A DNA stretch of 64,000 nucleotides, taken from the IMG/VR virus record IMGVR_UViG_3300042934_000212; one strand, 5' to 3'. The notes below the pieces were generated by a model. It was given only the letters and a program-made list of their open reading frames with translations. It was not told the origin of the DNA and ran no database searches. Below are positions 48,937 to 59,431 of this stretch, piece by piece. Both the position numbers and the translations under genes were made by a program. Position 1 is the stretch's first letter, and each line of letters opens with the position of its first letter. The stretch is from a virus (taxonomy: Duplodnaviria > Heunggongvirae > Uroviricota > Caudoviricetes).

Positions 48937-49800
48937 TTACAAATAGTTATCTCGTCCGTGCTGCATAAGTCTGTCAATAATTAGTTGATAATACTCTTCA
49001 GAACGTTCAATCAAAACACAGTTTCTGTTAAGATTTACTGCACTAAGTGCAGTTGTACCGGAACCACCGAATGGATCAAGAATCCAATCCTGTTCTTCAG
49101 TACTCAATTTTACGTAAAAATTAGGTATATCAATTGGAAACACTGCTGGATGACCAATGTTCAAATTACTGGTACTGCACGTTATCACATTACTTGGTCT
49201 TACCATATCTTCAGCAACCCGCTTAGACATATTCATTGAAGAACCATTTGTGACGTTATGCTCACCTTTATTTTTACGTCTCTTTTCACTTTCCAAATAC
49301 TTAGAAGTACTCGGTACTCTTACTTCATCTGGAAAGAATTTATATCGATTGGTGTGGTTGAATTGATAAATCCGTTCAAACCCATCCTTCAAACGAGTCT
49401 TGGCACCAGTTGGAAAAGGATTAGTCTTGTTCCAAATGTACTCATCACTCCAGTTGTATAATTCAGCAATATCAATTATTGTTTTGTAAACGTAAGTATC
49501 TCTACTACCTTTATCAACATGCTCTTTAATATTAAAGAAATACGAACCATCCTCATGAAGAATGTTCATTATATCAGTACTAATGGAAGTGTACCACGAA
49601 GGGAAGTCTTCTACTGAAATACTGTCATAAACATCTTTACGCTGTTCAGCGTAAGGAGGGGAGGTAATCACAGCGTTGAACTTGAAATCAGAATTTAAAA
49701 ACAAATCTTTCATTACTTCTGCACAATCGCCGTTGATCACTATTACTGTACTGGAACCTAACTCAATCCTTTGGTGTGGGAAATTACCTACGTATTCCAT
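48937..49800 (-). CDS. Orphan beta-class DNA methyltransferase, probably N4-cytosine
   Basis: Motif IV TSPPY precedes motif I LDPFGGSGTT; HPAVFP. Confidence 0.9.
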   Translation of the reverse strand: MEYVGNFPHQRIELGSSTVIVINGDCAEVMKDLFLNSDFKFNAVITSPPYAEQRKDVYDSISVEDFPSWYTSISTDIMNILHEDGSYFFNIKEHVDKGSRDTYVYKTIIDIAELYNWSDEYIWNKTNPFPTGAKTRLKDGFERIYQFNHTNRYKFFPDEVRVPSTSKYLESEKRRKNKGEHNVTNGSSMNMSKRVAEDMVRPSNVITCSTSNLNIGHPAVFPIDIPNFYVKLSTEEQDWILDPFGGSGTTALSAVNLNRNCVLIERSEEYYQLIIDRLMQHGRDNYL

Positions 49801-49807
49801 GTTTACC

Positions 49808-50371
49808 TTAATTATATCGTGAAAGAATATTTTCCTTTCGGTTTAATAAACGCATTTTTTCTTCATGAATCTTTTGTTCAGCCATGATTTTTTCTTCAGC
49901 GTCTTTGGCATCACGAAGTCCAATGAATACTTCTTTGAACCATTCATGTTCCTCACCTTCAAAAAGAACAATATCATCTACCATAGTATCATCGTTAGAC
50001 AATACAAAGTGCAGCCCATGAACTTTATCATAGATAACGATGGGATCTGGCTCGGATGCACTCCCACCGTACATTGCAGTTGCAGATACGGATTTAAGTA
50101 CTTTATCGTTAGCAACGAAAGTAACTTTACTTTCATTAGCATAGAACTTACGAGCAGGCTCTAATATATCAAAACGTTGTAATTCAGTTGCGATAGTTTT
50201 TACCAACATATATTGTGCTGGTTTTAATCCCGCAAGCTTACGTTTCAAATCGATAATTTGTTTTCTGCGGCGAATCTTTACGTCAGGTGCGTTAATATCA
50301 TTAACGAATTCACCCAACATTTTTGCATTCTTTCGCAACAGCAAAAAAATGATAGTAATTGGTTTCATCAA
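49808..50371 (-). CDS. Hypothetical protein, paralog family A
   Basis: DLKRKLAGL..TELQRFDI. Confidence 0.6.
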   Translation of the reverse strand: MMKPITIIFLLLRKNAKMLGEFVNDINAPDVKIRRRKQIIDLKRKLAGLKPAQYMLVKTIATELQRFDILEPARKFYANESKVTFVANDKVLKSVSATAMYGGSASEPDPIVIYDKVHGLHFVLSNDDTMVDDIVLFEGEEHEWFKEVFIGLRDAKDAEEKIMAEQKIHEEKMRLLNRKENILSRYN

Positions 50372-50820
50372 CGATACTCCGATAATGCATTCAGACGTTG
50401 TTCTGCAATAGCATGTTTTGCCATAGTTTCAGACTGACGTTCTTTTGCAAGTACCAAAGACGCAAATGCAACAACAAAGGCTTTGTGATCGAAGTCAGTA
50501 AAAGCCGTAACATCTTTAATAACAGTACAATTCTGATTGATGGTAAACGTAGTTCCAGTTTTGGTATCAACCAATTGCGGATACCTGATACTATTACCAA
50601 CTAGGACAAGGGCAAGTTCATCACTGCTGTAATCAACAATTTCGAAACGGTCAATTTCCATTGCCATAATTCGCATGAGATTACGCAAAGTACTGTCGAG
50701 TTTACTGTACTCGTATTTGATTTTAATGACGCGTTGACGATCTATGTCTTTAATCGCATAATCTTTTAGTACTGCTTTACTTTTACGCAATACTGCAAAT
50801 AACAGTTCTAACCGTTTCAT
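50368..50820 (-). CDS. Hypothetical protein, paralog family A
   Basis: IKYEYSKL..MEIDRFEI. Confidence 0.6.
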   Translation of the reverse strand: MKRLELLFAVLRKSKAVLKDYAIKDIDRQRVIKIKYEYSKLDSTLRNLMRIMAMEIDRFEIVDYSSDELALVLVGNSIRYPQLVDTKTGTTFTINQNCTVIKDVTAFTDFDHKAFVVAFASLVLAKERQSETMAKHAIAEQRLNALSEYR

Positions 50821-50822
50821 TA

Positions 50823-51128
50823 TTACATACCCTTTAACATCTCAACGATTTCGTTGAAGACCTCAATTATCACGTTTCCGTGGCAAGGAAGCGGTGCACA
50901 TGAGCATCCTATTCTTTTACCCGAAAGACTTAAAACATCACTTATGGATATTCTACCATCTTCTAGGCACTCGTACAAGTGCTCACGATACATTTCTATT
51001 GAAACTGAACGAGAAATTCCCTGACCTAAGTCAATCGGGTGAGGGTTTCCCCAAATTGTTCCCCGACCGATATAAATGTCGAATTCACCTTTATGTCGGT
51101 TTACTAGAATTGGTGTAATGTAACTCAT
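50823..51128 (-). CDS. DUF4326-domain protein
   Basis: DIYIGRGTIWGNP ... LSGKRIGCSCAPLPCHGNV. Confidence 0.85.
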   Translation of the reverse strand: MSYITPILVNRHKGEFDIYIGRGTIWGNPHPIDLGQGISRSVSIEMYREHLYECLEDGRISISDVLSLSGKRIGCSCAPLPCHGNVIIEVFNEIVEMLKGM

Positions 51129-51631
51129 GTGTATGCCGCAATAATTTTATTCTTAGTCTTTTGGTGTTCTTGTTCTTGTTCGAATTTCCTAATATTCTTT
51201 TTAATGTACTGAATTGCATAAAATGCATTTATGAATAAATGGTAATCAGTACTGGAACTAGACATATTAGCTCCACATGAAGTATTAATTTTACTCTGTT
51301 CGTCGTTTTCAAACACTTCAAATGTAATTCTAGTTTCTTTATCCTGCACCTTTAATTCTATTAGCTTACCATCCATCATAACATCATCCCTGTCTATATC
51401 GAACCTGTCAGGGTATTTCATCATTTTGGTAGTAAAACTTCTGATTAAAGGAGTGCATTTACTTATTGAGTACTTAAGATTTACAATTTCACGCCTAGCA
51501 ATATCAGTACCCGCAGGATGAGTATTAATGTAATTAATAAGGGAAGCTGAGCTTCCCCTTGTTACATATGCGAGTAGATATTCTTGTTCTTTATGCTTCT
51601 TTAACTTTTTCAGAAACATCATATTCTCCAA
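51125..51631 (-). CDS. Hypothetical protein, paralog family A
   Basis: LKYSISKC..KYPDRFDI. Confidence 0.6.
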   Translation of the reverse strand: MENMMFLKKLKKHKEQEYLLAYVTRGSSASLINYINTHPAGTDIARREIVNLKYSISKCTPLIRSFTTKMMKYPDRFDIDRDDVMMDGKLIELKVQDKETRITFEVFENDEQSKINTSCGANMSSSSTDYHLFINAFYAIQYIKKNIRKFEQEQEHQKTKNKIIAAYT

Positions 51632-52376
51632 AAATAAGCTGTACTTTTTCTTCAGTACTCAAATCTTCGAACTTACGATCAGGAATAACTTCGTCAATCT
51701 TAGAGCGAATAACTTCGTTACCTTCGTGTTCTTTAGTGTAAGTCACACGCTGGAAGAATGAACCTTCTTTGAAGAATTTCGGATATTCGTTCCAATTAAT
51801 ACCCTTCTCAACAAGAAGCATATCCAACTTATCGTTAGTACTTTTGCCCTGTAATGAACTGTGGCTAAAGTTTGCATACGCAGCCATTGAAATGCTATTA
51901 CGTACTGCATCTTGGTTACGCCATACAAAACAGTTCACCGCTTCGATTTTAGATGGAAGCTGGAACATACGACAATCGAACACTGGAAGACTTTTCGCAC
52001 ATTGCTCAGGGTATTCTTTAAGTGCAAGTTCAACGAATTTTGCAGTAGCAAGAGCAGACAGTACTGAAACCATCTTTTGTTTCTTACCACTAAAGAATAC
52101 GTCACTTTCAAATGACTTCTGCAAATACACCAGACTGATTTCATCAGATTGTGTATAACCAATACATGCACCAGTTTCTTTTACAAGATACTTAGTAACT
52201 TCTTTCATGATAACTGACATGTTCTCATCGTATGGTTTTTTCATTGATTTAGTAAAATTACTAAAAGAACGACCATCAATGCGAGCATAGATTGGTAGTA
52301 GTGGCATAAACTTTTCAGTAGTTTCTGCCTTTTCATAAAGCTTAATACGATCACCAAGTTGCATGAATTTTTCCAA
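51591..52376 (-). CDS. tRNA(His) guanylyltransferase Thg1-like protein
   Basis: RIKLYE, ARIDGRSFSNFT, YTQSDEISL, FDCR, WRNQDAVRNSISM. Confidence 0.9.
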   Translation of the reverse strand: MEKFMQLGDRIKLYEKAETTEKFMPLLPIYARIDGRSFSNFTKSMKKPYDENMSVIMKEVTKYLVKETGACIGYTQSDEISLVYLQKSFESDVFFSGKKQKMVSVLSALATAKFVELALKEYPEQCAKSLPVFDCRMFQLPSKIEAVNCFVWRNQDAVRNSISMAAYANFSHSSLQGKSTNDKLDMLLVEKGINWNEYPKFFKEGSFFQRVTYTKEHEGNEVIRSKIDEVIPDRKFEDLSTEEKVQLIFGEYDVSEKVKEA

Positions 52377-52650
52377 TTAATTTATTAGGTAGTTCAATAT
52401 CAATATAAAACATAGTACGGCTTGATAACGCTTTGATATTTGCGAATACACGTTCACCGGAGTTAAGTACCATCTCAACTGAGACGATATGTGTAATCCC
52501 ATCAATGTTAGTTTGAACATGATGTACTAGCACATCGGCAATACCAGAAAAATTTCTTTTTAAGTAACCACTAAACAATTCACTATAAAGAGTGTCGGCT
52601 TTATAGTTCTTAATTCTTATAGATTTCGAAGACACGTGTCTGTTCCTCAA
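52351..52650 (-). CDS. Hypothetical protein
   Basis: ORF track. Confidence 0.5.
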   Translation of the reverse strand: MRNRHVSSKSIRIKNYKADTLYSELFSGYLKRNFSGIADVLVHHVQTNIDGITHIVSVEMVLNSGERVFANIKALSSRTMFYIDIELPNKLIGKIHATW

Positions 52651-53200
52651 GGGTTTTTAATTCTTCTTGTAGTTTATATTCGTTCTTTTGCATTGTCTTC
52701 AATGATTCGAATACCCTAGCCATCATCATTGTTTCATCTGCGTTAAGAAACTGCTCATCATTGATGTAGACTGATGGATTTCTTATACGTGGTTCATTCT
52801 CACGCCAGCCAGAAACAAAGTTATAATACCTAAATTTAACACCAGTTTCTGAATCCAAAATTTTAGTAGATGAGGTCAACGACTCGCTAATCACAAAACG
52901 CTCAGGATCTTTAGCCATAGCGAAAAGGATTGAAATTACTTCAGCCCTGCATTTACTAATCTCATATTTCAATGTAATTAGTTCACGTACACCAACACTT
53001 GAGTTAACGAAACAATCACAGTACTGCTGAAGTTTACGAGAACTTTTACGGATCATCAGTACAGGTAAGTGTATATTAATTTCTTTATGCTGCTCAACAT
53101 TACGAATGACCTTTTGCGGTTCTTTGTGTACGCGAGTCATTTTAGGTAGGTATCCCATCAACATTTCCCACATGGTATATAAAAAGCCCCCCTTTGTCAA
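52610..53200 (-). CDS. Hypothetical protein, paralog family A (true start probably ~53158)
   Basis: LKYEISKC..KDPERFVI; the annotated TTG start coincides with a promoter -35. Confidence 0.6.
   Translation of the reverse strand: MTKGGFLYTMWEMLMGYLPKMTRVHKEPQKVIRNVEQHKEINIHLPVLMIRKSSRKLQQYCDCFVNSSVGVRELITLKYEISKCRAEVISILFAMAKDPERFVISESLTSSTKILDSETGVKFRYYNFVSGWRENEPRIRNPSVYINDEQFLNADETMMMARVFESLKTMQKNEYKLQEELKTLEEQTRVFEIYKN
53172..53200 (-). promoter_or_regulatory. Sigma70-like early promoter
   Basis: Minus strand TTGACA-17-TACCAT. Confidence 0.65.
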
Positions 53201-53260
53201 GGACTATTTTGATTTAGTTTAAAAAAATATTTTTTCCAGTGACGAGCATTGTAACAGACG

Positions 53261-53286
53261 AAAAAAAAGCGGTCAAGTGACCGCTT
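53261..53286 (-). terminator. Intrinsic terminator after the tail-fibre block
   Basis: GCGGTC-N4-GACCGC-T8. Confidence 0.85.
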
Positions 53287-53290
53287 AAAA

Positions 53291-56020
53291 TTAATGCCAA
53301 CGTGTTCCGGTGCTTGACGGAACGCCTGTACTGGTAGGGATTGCCGAACCTCGCTTGGTCGTACTGGTACGATAAGTCAAGAATCGAGTTACCTTTTCAA
53401 TTGAAACTGTACTAATTGAACTTGCTCCAGTAACAACACTACCAATATATACTCTCCATAATTCTTCAGAAAGTAATGTAGTACTTAGCTGGTATGAGGC
53501 TGTACCCTCTAAATTAAAGACGTAAACGTAGAAAGTCTTATTCGCCGGAGCAGAATCAATTGTGTTTAAGTCGATTGTAGTAGCTGGTATTGTATAATAC
53601 GAACCATTAATCAACACTGGAACAGTTTGACTGAAATACACATTGAATCCTTTTGGTACATCCTGTGATGCTATCACAATATTAGTTCCAGATATTGTTG
53701 GATTAGCTATTAAACTGTCTAAATTAGCAGATGATGTACCACTGCTTTTGAAAACAAGTTTAGTTTGAAGATCTGATAAATTATTTGTATATAAACCAAA
53801 ACCAACTCCAGGTATAACTCCTACTTCGTAGGTGTTCCCTGTGCTTAAAAAATATGATGTAAATGCTGTCATTGATACAAAATTATTTGAAGTATCTAAT
53901 TTACCAATCACTGATCTAAATGAAGCATTACCAGGAACTTTAATATTACATATTGCTGGAATTCCTATATAAGAAAATCCTGAATATTTTGCAATTACCA
54001 ATCCAGTCATTCTAGTTATATATGAGTAGTCAATTTCCAATGCTGAACTTGACACACCCATGATATTATTATAAGTAACAGACATACTAGTTACTGTAGA
54101 ACCAGATAATGATACATTAACTTTACTTACAATCACAAATCCATTATATCCAGAACCATCTTTAGTACTTGTTATAATGGTCGTTATCGCAATACTACTA
54201 CCAAATGAACTATCAGGTACATAATATAGAACAATCCTACTGTCTGTTATTGTTCCAGGGTATGTTACTGATGAAATAATAGAATTCTTAAGATTTGTTA
54301 GAATCGTCGAACTTTGTAACGTATAATTAGTATTAAATGTGAAATTATTAATATTCATTAATCCATTAACTGGTTTTGAGTTACCTTCTAAAAAAGTTGA
54401 ACCATATACAGAAACATTTCCATTGGCATCTATTAGTTGAATTAAACCACTGTATCTATAATCAGAATTATCAATTTTGTGTCGATTGCTATTTGGTGCA
54501 TATCCTGTAATAGTACTATCAGAAACTACTGAATTGTAAACATAATCACGTGTGTTCCCTAAATCAGTATAAACCTTATTGTCATATCCAAAAGTTACAT
54601 CATTTTCTGTTCCCGCACAACTCATTAGAATTTTATTTGATGAAAGAATAGTTGGGTTCAATAAATTAGAACCAATAGCAGAGCCGTATTGTGGATAAAC
54701 GTAACTATAAATTATTTTTGATGTTTTTCGCGTAGATAAATTTAATGAATCATAATTATTGGTAAAATTATCCAATTTACAACGTAGAATCGTAAAGTAA
54801 TCACCAGTTACAAACCTAGCTACTGAACTAAAAACCACGCCATCATCAGTTTGGAATAGACTAGTACCCGAATGAATACTGTTACCAAATCCATTATAAT
54901 TTTGTAAATCAAAGTTGTAAGGATTTGTACTATTAATAGAACTTCCATTAAGTCTGATGGTGATTGGACCCGCATTTTTAGTATCAAATGTGTATACTTT
55001 ACTGTTTTTATTATAGCTGAAACTTAAACCATATGTTATAACGTCTCCACCAAAAGCTGATTGAGAATATACCCTGTGTATCACCGATACTCTTATATTA
55101 TCTAAAACCACATCAGGTTCTGCATTCAATGTACCATAACTTGTAACATAAAATGGGGTAACGGTTAATGATGCATCTTGTAGGATTAATGGATGATCAT
55201 CACTATTTGTACTACAAATGGTATCAGTTATTTTTATTGTATTTGAATTTGTAACATTAGAACCATATAAATTTTTTCCTGAAATTCCAGAAACTAATTT
55301 AAGAGAGGTAGTTACTCCATTAATAACATCTGATGTACTAATTGTATATAAAGATATATTATAAGGTTCAGAAATTATAGTTGAATTAATACACCATATA
55401 TAAATCAAACCATCTACAATATGTACATAGTTTGGTGTTGTATTTGGGATTAATGATCTATTAAATTCTACGAATTCATGGGAAACTTGATTAAATGTTC
55501 CATTAGTTAGTGCAATTGTATACGTATCTTCAGTTCCGTTGAAAGTTTGCATCATAAGAACTTCATTAGATTTACTTGCAATAAAATCACTAATTGAATG
55601 TAAACTAGTAAAGATTGAAGGTAAGTACTCTAAGTTGGTTTGGATAGGTGTTAATGTGTTAACATTTCTTGCATTCTTAATGTAGCAATAATAAAACCCC
55701 TGTGAACTACCATTTGTTCCAGGTCTAAGGATTACCATAGTTCCATCATTTTCCAAGATAGTTGGGAAACCTCGCAATGATGCCGAAGTAGTTGCTCCAA
55801 CATAAGAACCTCCCACATTAAGTGGGAGGTAATCTAATGTACCAATTCTTGTCACTGGACACATTGATATAATATTTTCTATATAAGTTTTTTCATAATA
55901 GGGGAGATTAATATCCCCCGACGTGTCTGCGTGAAGGCCATTAATCTCTCTAATAGTATTCGAATCATTAACTTGAATATTACCAGTGGAGCTTAAGTCT
56001 CCATATATTTTCTTTGCCAT
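53291..56020 (-). CDS. Tail fibre/baseplate-associated protein, paralog
   Basis: ILENDGTMVILRPGTNGS; C-terminal GSAIPTSTGVP; Ser/Thr/Asn-rich. Confidence 0.7.
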   Translation of the reverse strand: MAKKIYGDLSSTGNIQVNDSNTIREINGLHADTSGDINLPYYEKTYIENIISMCPVTRIGTLDYLPLNVGGSYVGATTSASLRGFPTILENDGTMVILRPGTNGSSQGFYYCYIKNARNVNTLTPIQTNLEYLPSIFTSLHSISDFIASKSNEVLMMQTFNGTEDTYTIALTNGTFNQVSHEFVEFNRSLIPNTTPNYVHIVDGLIYIWCINSTIISEPYNISLYTISTSDVINGVTTSLKLVSGISGKNLYGSNVTNSNTIKITDTICSTNSDDHPLILQDASLTVTPFYVTSYGTLNAEPDVVLDNIRVSVIHRVYSQSAFGGDVITYGLSFSYNKNSKVYTFDTKNAGPITIRLNGSSINSTNPYNFDLQNYNGFGNSIHSGTSLFQTDDGVVFSSVARFVTGDYFTILRCKLDNFTNNYDSLNLSTRKTSKIIYSYVYPQYGSAIGSNLLNPTILSSNKILMSCAGTENDVTFGYDNKVYTDLGNTRDYVYNSVVSDSTITGYAPNSNRHKIDNSDYRYSGLIQLIDANGNVSVYGSTFLEGNSKPVNGLMNINNFTFNTNYTLQSSTILTNLKNSIISSVTYPGTITDSRIVLYYVPDSSFGSSIAITTIITSTKDGSGYNGFVIVSKVNVSLSGSTVTSMSVTYNNIMGVSSSALEIDYSYITRMTGLVIAKYSGFSYIGIPAICNIKVPGNASFRSVIGKLDTSNNFVSMTAFTSYFLSTGNTYEVGVIPGVGFGLYTNNLSDLQTKLVFKSSGTSSANLDSLIANPTISGTNIVIASQDVPKGFNVYFSQTVPVLINGSYYTIPATTIDLNTIDSAPANKTFYVYVFNLEGTASYQLSTTLLSEELWRVYIGSVVTGASSISTVSIEKVTRFLTYRTSTTKRGSAIPTSTGVPSSTGTRWH

Positions 56021-56029
56021 AAGTTATCC

Positions 56030-58789
56030 TTACCAATTTATTGTACCTGTTTGTGCTGGGTTTCCAGTACTTACAGGGAATGCAGAGCCAATCTGTGTTT
56101 CACTTGGTCGGTAAATTCCGAACCTTGAAACCTTTGTAATATTTAGGTCAGACACCTTAGTGCCATCTGTTTGAATGTTGCCTATGTACATATTTGTATT
56201 ACTTTCTTCAATTTCAGTAAGACTGACTTTATACTGTGGTGTCCCTGAACTTGATTCAACATACACATAGAATTTAGTATTTCCTGGATTAGATTTAATT
56301 GTACTCAAATCAATTACAGTTATTGGCATTTCAAAGAACGTACCATTCATTAGTACTGGAGTTACTTCAGTAAAGTACAAATAAAATCCCTGAATAACAT
56401 CCTGAGCTAAAATAACAGTAGGTGTAGGAGTACCAATAGGAGTGCCGTTTCCTTGCGGCATATTATTTTGGAATTCATTAAGAGTTTTACCTCGATAGTC
56501 AAATACCAATTTTGTCCCTTTATCTGTTTTTTCAAACATATAAAACCCAAATCCATAATTAGGAATATAACTATATTCTCTTGCTGTCGTGAATAAATCT
56601 GGTGCATGATAACTTCTGTTCATTAGAACTGATGATAAATTACTTCCTGATTTAACGCCTGCATATGAATATTCTTCACTGTCACCTGGTACAATAATGT
56701 TTATCGCATGTGGTAATGCTACGTAGGTAAAATCACTGTAGTTAACAACACTCATCCCGCCATGTCTAGCCATTTCAGAAGAACTTAAACCATTTGATGC
56801 GATACCAGTCATAGAAGAATGTACATAATTATTAATTACCGTATTCAATGAAATTGCTGATATAGCATTTCCAGTTAGTGTGACGTTCACCGAAGCTAAA
56901 ATTAAATTACCACCAGACCCTGAACTACTTACTGCACTTATACAAACCACACTATTGAAGTACGCAGTATTAGGTGAATAATATAAACTCAATTGACTAG
57001 CAGATACTGACAATCCAAGTGACGAAATAATAGAATTCTTAACATTAGTAAGTAATGAATTATCTACTGTTATGTTTTTATCATAGGTTAATGTAATAGG
57101 ATCAAGCTTATAACCACATGAAAGTATTTTATCCTCGACGAATAATGTCCCGTAGAATGAAACATTTCCTGATGAATCACAATATGAAATTCCACCGTAT
57201 GTACTTGTCGTTAACGGTACGCGATATGACTGTGGAGCATAACCGGGTATAGTTCCATTGGTGAATGATTTGTAGCTATAGGTTCTAGTGGTTCCAATAT
57301 CAGAAACGCCTTTTTGGTACTTATCGTATGAAGTACCGTCATATGTACCTGTACCACTAAAAATTATACGCGTTGAACTGATTGGTATACCACCCATCAA
57401 CTGATCACCAACTCTTGATGCATAATCAGCATAAACATTATATTGTACTTGATTTGAGAATGTTCTGTTCCTAAAATTATATGCATTAACTTTGGAAGTA
57501 AATGAATTTATCTTACCAGAGTACACAGCATAAGAATCACTTAATACATATTTTTCACGAATATAGTACTGCGTTCCTGTGTTGGTTACATAGATACATC
57601 CACGTAAACTATCTGATACTGCTGTACCAAAACCAAACAAATTAGCACTAGTTACCGAGTATGGATTATTAAAAGTAATAGAACCAGTACTAGAACCATT
57701 AAATGTAATAGGAGTTGCTGATAAGTCTGAAGTAAACACGTTAGTGTTTGGATTAAACTTAACTACAAATGAATATGATGTATCATATCGATTTGTATCA
57801 TTAGTGCAATATGTATTTGATGATATGTTTATGTTTATATTAGTACCGTCGTATATACATTTAAACATCCCTGGCATTGAATAAGTATATGGTGCACAAC
57901 TATTAAATGTAGCTTGGTACTTAATAAACGAATTCGTACTGGTAGCTGTTGTACTAGCCCATACATCCGCTAATCTAATATAGTTCTGTGATCCTTGTGC
58001 TGAACCATACATTGTATTTCCTGTAATACCAGAAACACGCTCAACTGTATTAATAGTGCCTGCATTGATTTCAGAAACCAATACTCTGTACATTACAATC
58101 TGTAATGGGTCATTAATATTATATTGAACTCCGGTTGGAGAATTTGCATTAAATGAAGAACAGTACAAACACGCCATGTACACGTATGCACCAGCCACCG
58201 TCGCTGACAAAATGTAATAAGGAATCAATGATCTAGCAAAGGTTGCTTCCTTGTGACTTTCTTTATTCAACGTTCCATTTGTTAAAACTACATGAACCAC
58301 GTTATTTGCAACTTCTTCATAAACTAGACAGTTTGATGCGTCAGAATCAGCAAAAAGAATATTGTTCCATGAACCTTCATAGTACTTGTTAATTGTAGTA
58401 TAAGGACGCATGGTTGAATCTGGATTATTGATATAAGTGTAGTAGTAATTAATAGTGCTACCGTTTGTTCCAGGTCGTAGATATACTAAAGAGCCATCAT
58501 TTTCTAAGAGAACTGGCATCGCTGAATAATACGAAACTGTACTACCGCCATCGAACGTACCAGCAACTCCAGGCTCGTTGTTGTTTATTGCACCATATTG
58601 TGAAAATGGTAATTGTCCGAATACTTTATCAACATCATCTTTAAGTGTAATTGGTAAATCGATTACACCTGATGTATCAGGAGTATAAGTAATTCCATCA
58701 CCAGTTAGTGATACATTTAATCCAGGTTGTTTGCCTTGGATTATCATTGTTCCGGTGGTTTTTACATCACCTTTAATATTATAAGACAT
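56030..58789 (-). CDS. Tail fibre/baseplate-associated protein, paralog
   Basis: LLENDGSLVYLRPGTNGS; C-terminal GSAFPVSTGNPAQTGTINW. Confidence 0.7.
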   Translation of the reverse strand: MSYNIKGDVKTTGTMIIQGKQPGLNVSLTGDGITYTPDTSGVIDLPITLKDDVDKVFGQLPFSQYGAINNNEPGVAGTFDGGSTVSYYSAMPVLLENDGSLVYLRPGTNGSTINYYYTYINNPDSTMRPYTTINKYYEGSWNNILFADSDASNCLVYEEVANNVVHVVLTNGTLNKESHKEATFARSLIPYYILSATVAGAYVYMACLYCSSFNANSPTGVQYNINDPLQIVMYRVLVSEINAGTINTVERVSGITGNTMYGSAQGSQNYIRLADVWASTTATSTNSFIKYQATFNSCAPYTYSMPGMFKCIYDGTNININISSNTYCTNDTNRYDTSYSFVVKFNPNTNVFTSDLSATPITFNGSSTGSITFNNPYSVTSANLFGFGTAVSDSLRGCIYVTNTGTQYYIREKYVLSDSYAVYSGKINSFTSKVNAYNFRNRTFSNQVQYNVYADYASRVGDQLMGGIPISSTRIIFSGTGTYDGTSYDKYQKGVSDIGTTRTYSYKSFTNGTIPGYAPQSYRVPLTTSTYGGISYCDSSGNVSFYGTLFVEDKILSCGYKLDPITLTYDKNITVDNSLLTNVKNSIISSLGLSVSASQLSLYYSPNTAYFNSVVCISAVSSSGSGGNLILASVNVTLTGNAISAISLNTVINNYVHSSMTGIASNGLSSSEMARHGGMSVVNYSDFTYVALPHAINIIVPGDSEEYSYAGVKSGSNLSSVLMNRSYHAPDLFTTAREYSYIPNYGFGFYMFEKTDKGTKLVFDYRGKTLNEFQNNMPQGNGTPIGTPTPTVILAQDVIQGFYLYFTEVTPVLMNGTFFEMPITVIDLSTIKSNPGNTKFYVYVESSSGTPQYKVSLTEIEESNTNMYIGNIQTDGTKVSDLNITKVSRFGIYRPSETQIGSAFPVSTGNPAQTGTINW

Positions 58790-58798
58790 TTGGTTTCC

Positions 58799-59380
58799 TT
58801 ACCATGAAATAGTTCCAGACTGTGAAGGTAATCCCGTACTTACAGGGAACGATGCACCTGCTGGTGTAGTACTTGGACTGAATACATCTAGTCTAGAACG
58901 TGAAATGATATTAGTTGCAGTAATTGAACTTGCACCTGTTGTGATAGTTCCAATCCAGAAGTTATTATATGCATTGCTTCCGGTTTCTGCAATTACAACA
59001 TCCGTTATTAAGTATTGAGCTAATCCTTGATCCATCGTTATATAAACATAGAAAGTAGTATTAGCTGGGGATGTTTTTACTGTAGTTAAATCGACAGTAC
59101 TAACAGGAAGCGTTAAGTAGTTACCACTTAGGATTGCAGAATTAACTGAATTGAATGTAATCTTATAACCACTATATGTTACCAAACCAGTATTTGGTAC
59201 GAAGTTTGAAATGGGAAGCACACTTATCATATCAAGTAACTGGTCAGATGTGTATGAGTCTACAGTAAACCCTAGAGTAGTACTGTCACGTGCAGTTCCA
59301 TTTAACGAGGTTACCACCGCATTACCGTTCGAGTAAGCAGTTTTACCTACGTTCAATGTTCCTTTAACAATTTTTGCCAT
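58799..59380 (-). CDS. Short paralog carrying only the shared N- and C-terminal fibre domains
   Basis: Start reassigned to MAKIVKG; C-terminal GASFPVSTGLPSQSGTISW. Confidence 0.7.
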   Translation of the reverse strand: MAKIVKGTLNVGKTAYSNGNAVVTSLNGTARDSTTLGFTVDSYTSDQLLDMISVLPISNFVPNTGLVTYSGYKITFNSVNSAILSGNYLTLPVSTVDLTTVKTSPANTTFYVYITMDQGLAQYLITDVVIAETGSNAYNNFWIGTITTGASSITATNIISRSRLDVFSPSTTPAGASFPVSTGLPSQSGTISW

Positions 59381-59411
59381 TTTTATTATCCCTAAATTTA
59401 TAGTTATGATG

Positions 59412-59417
59412 TATTTA
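59412..59417 (-). promoter_or_regulatory. T4-late-like TAAATA box
   Basis: After a terminator and 32 nt upstream of the fibre operon. Confidence 0.6.
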
Positions 59418-59431
59418 TTAGGGGTACAAAC

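Noticed and set aside
52610-53200. TTG start at 53200 given by the ORF track
   Set aside because: It coincides with the -35 box of a sigma70 promoter, so a downstream ATG (about 53158) is more plausible.
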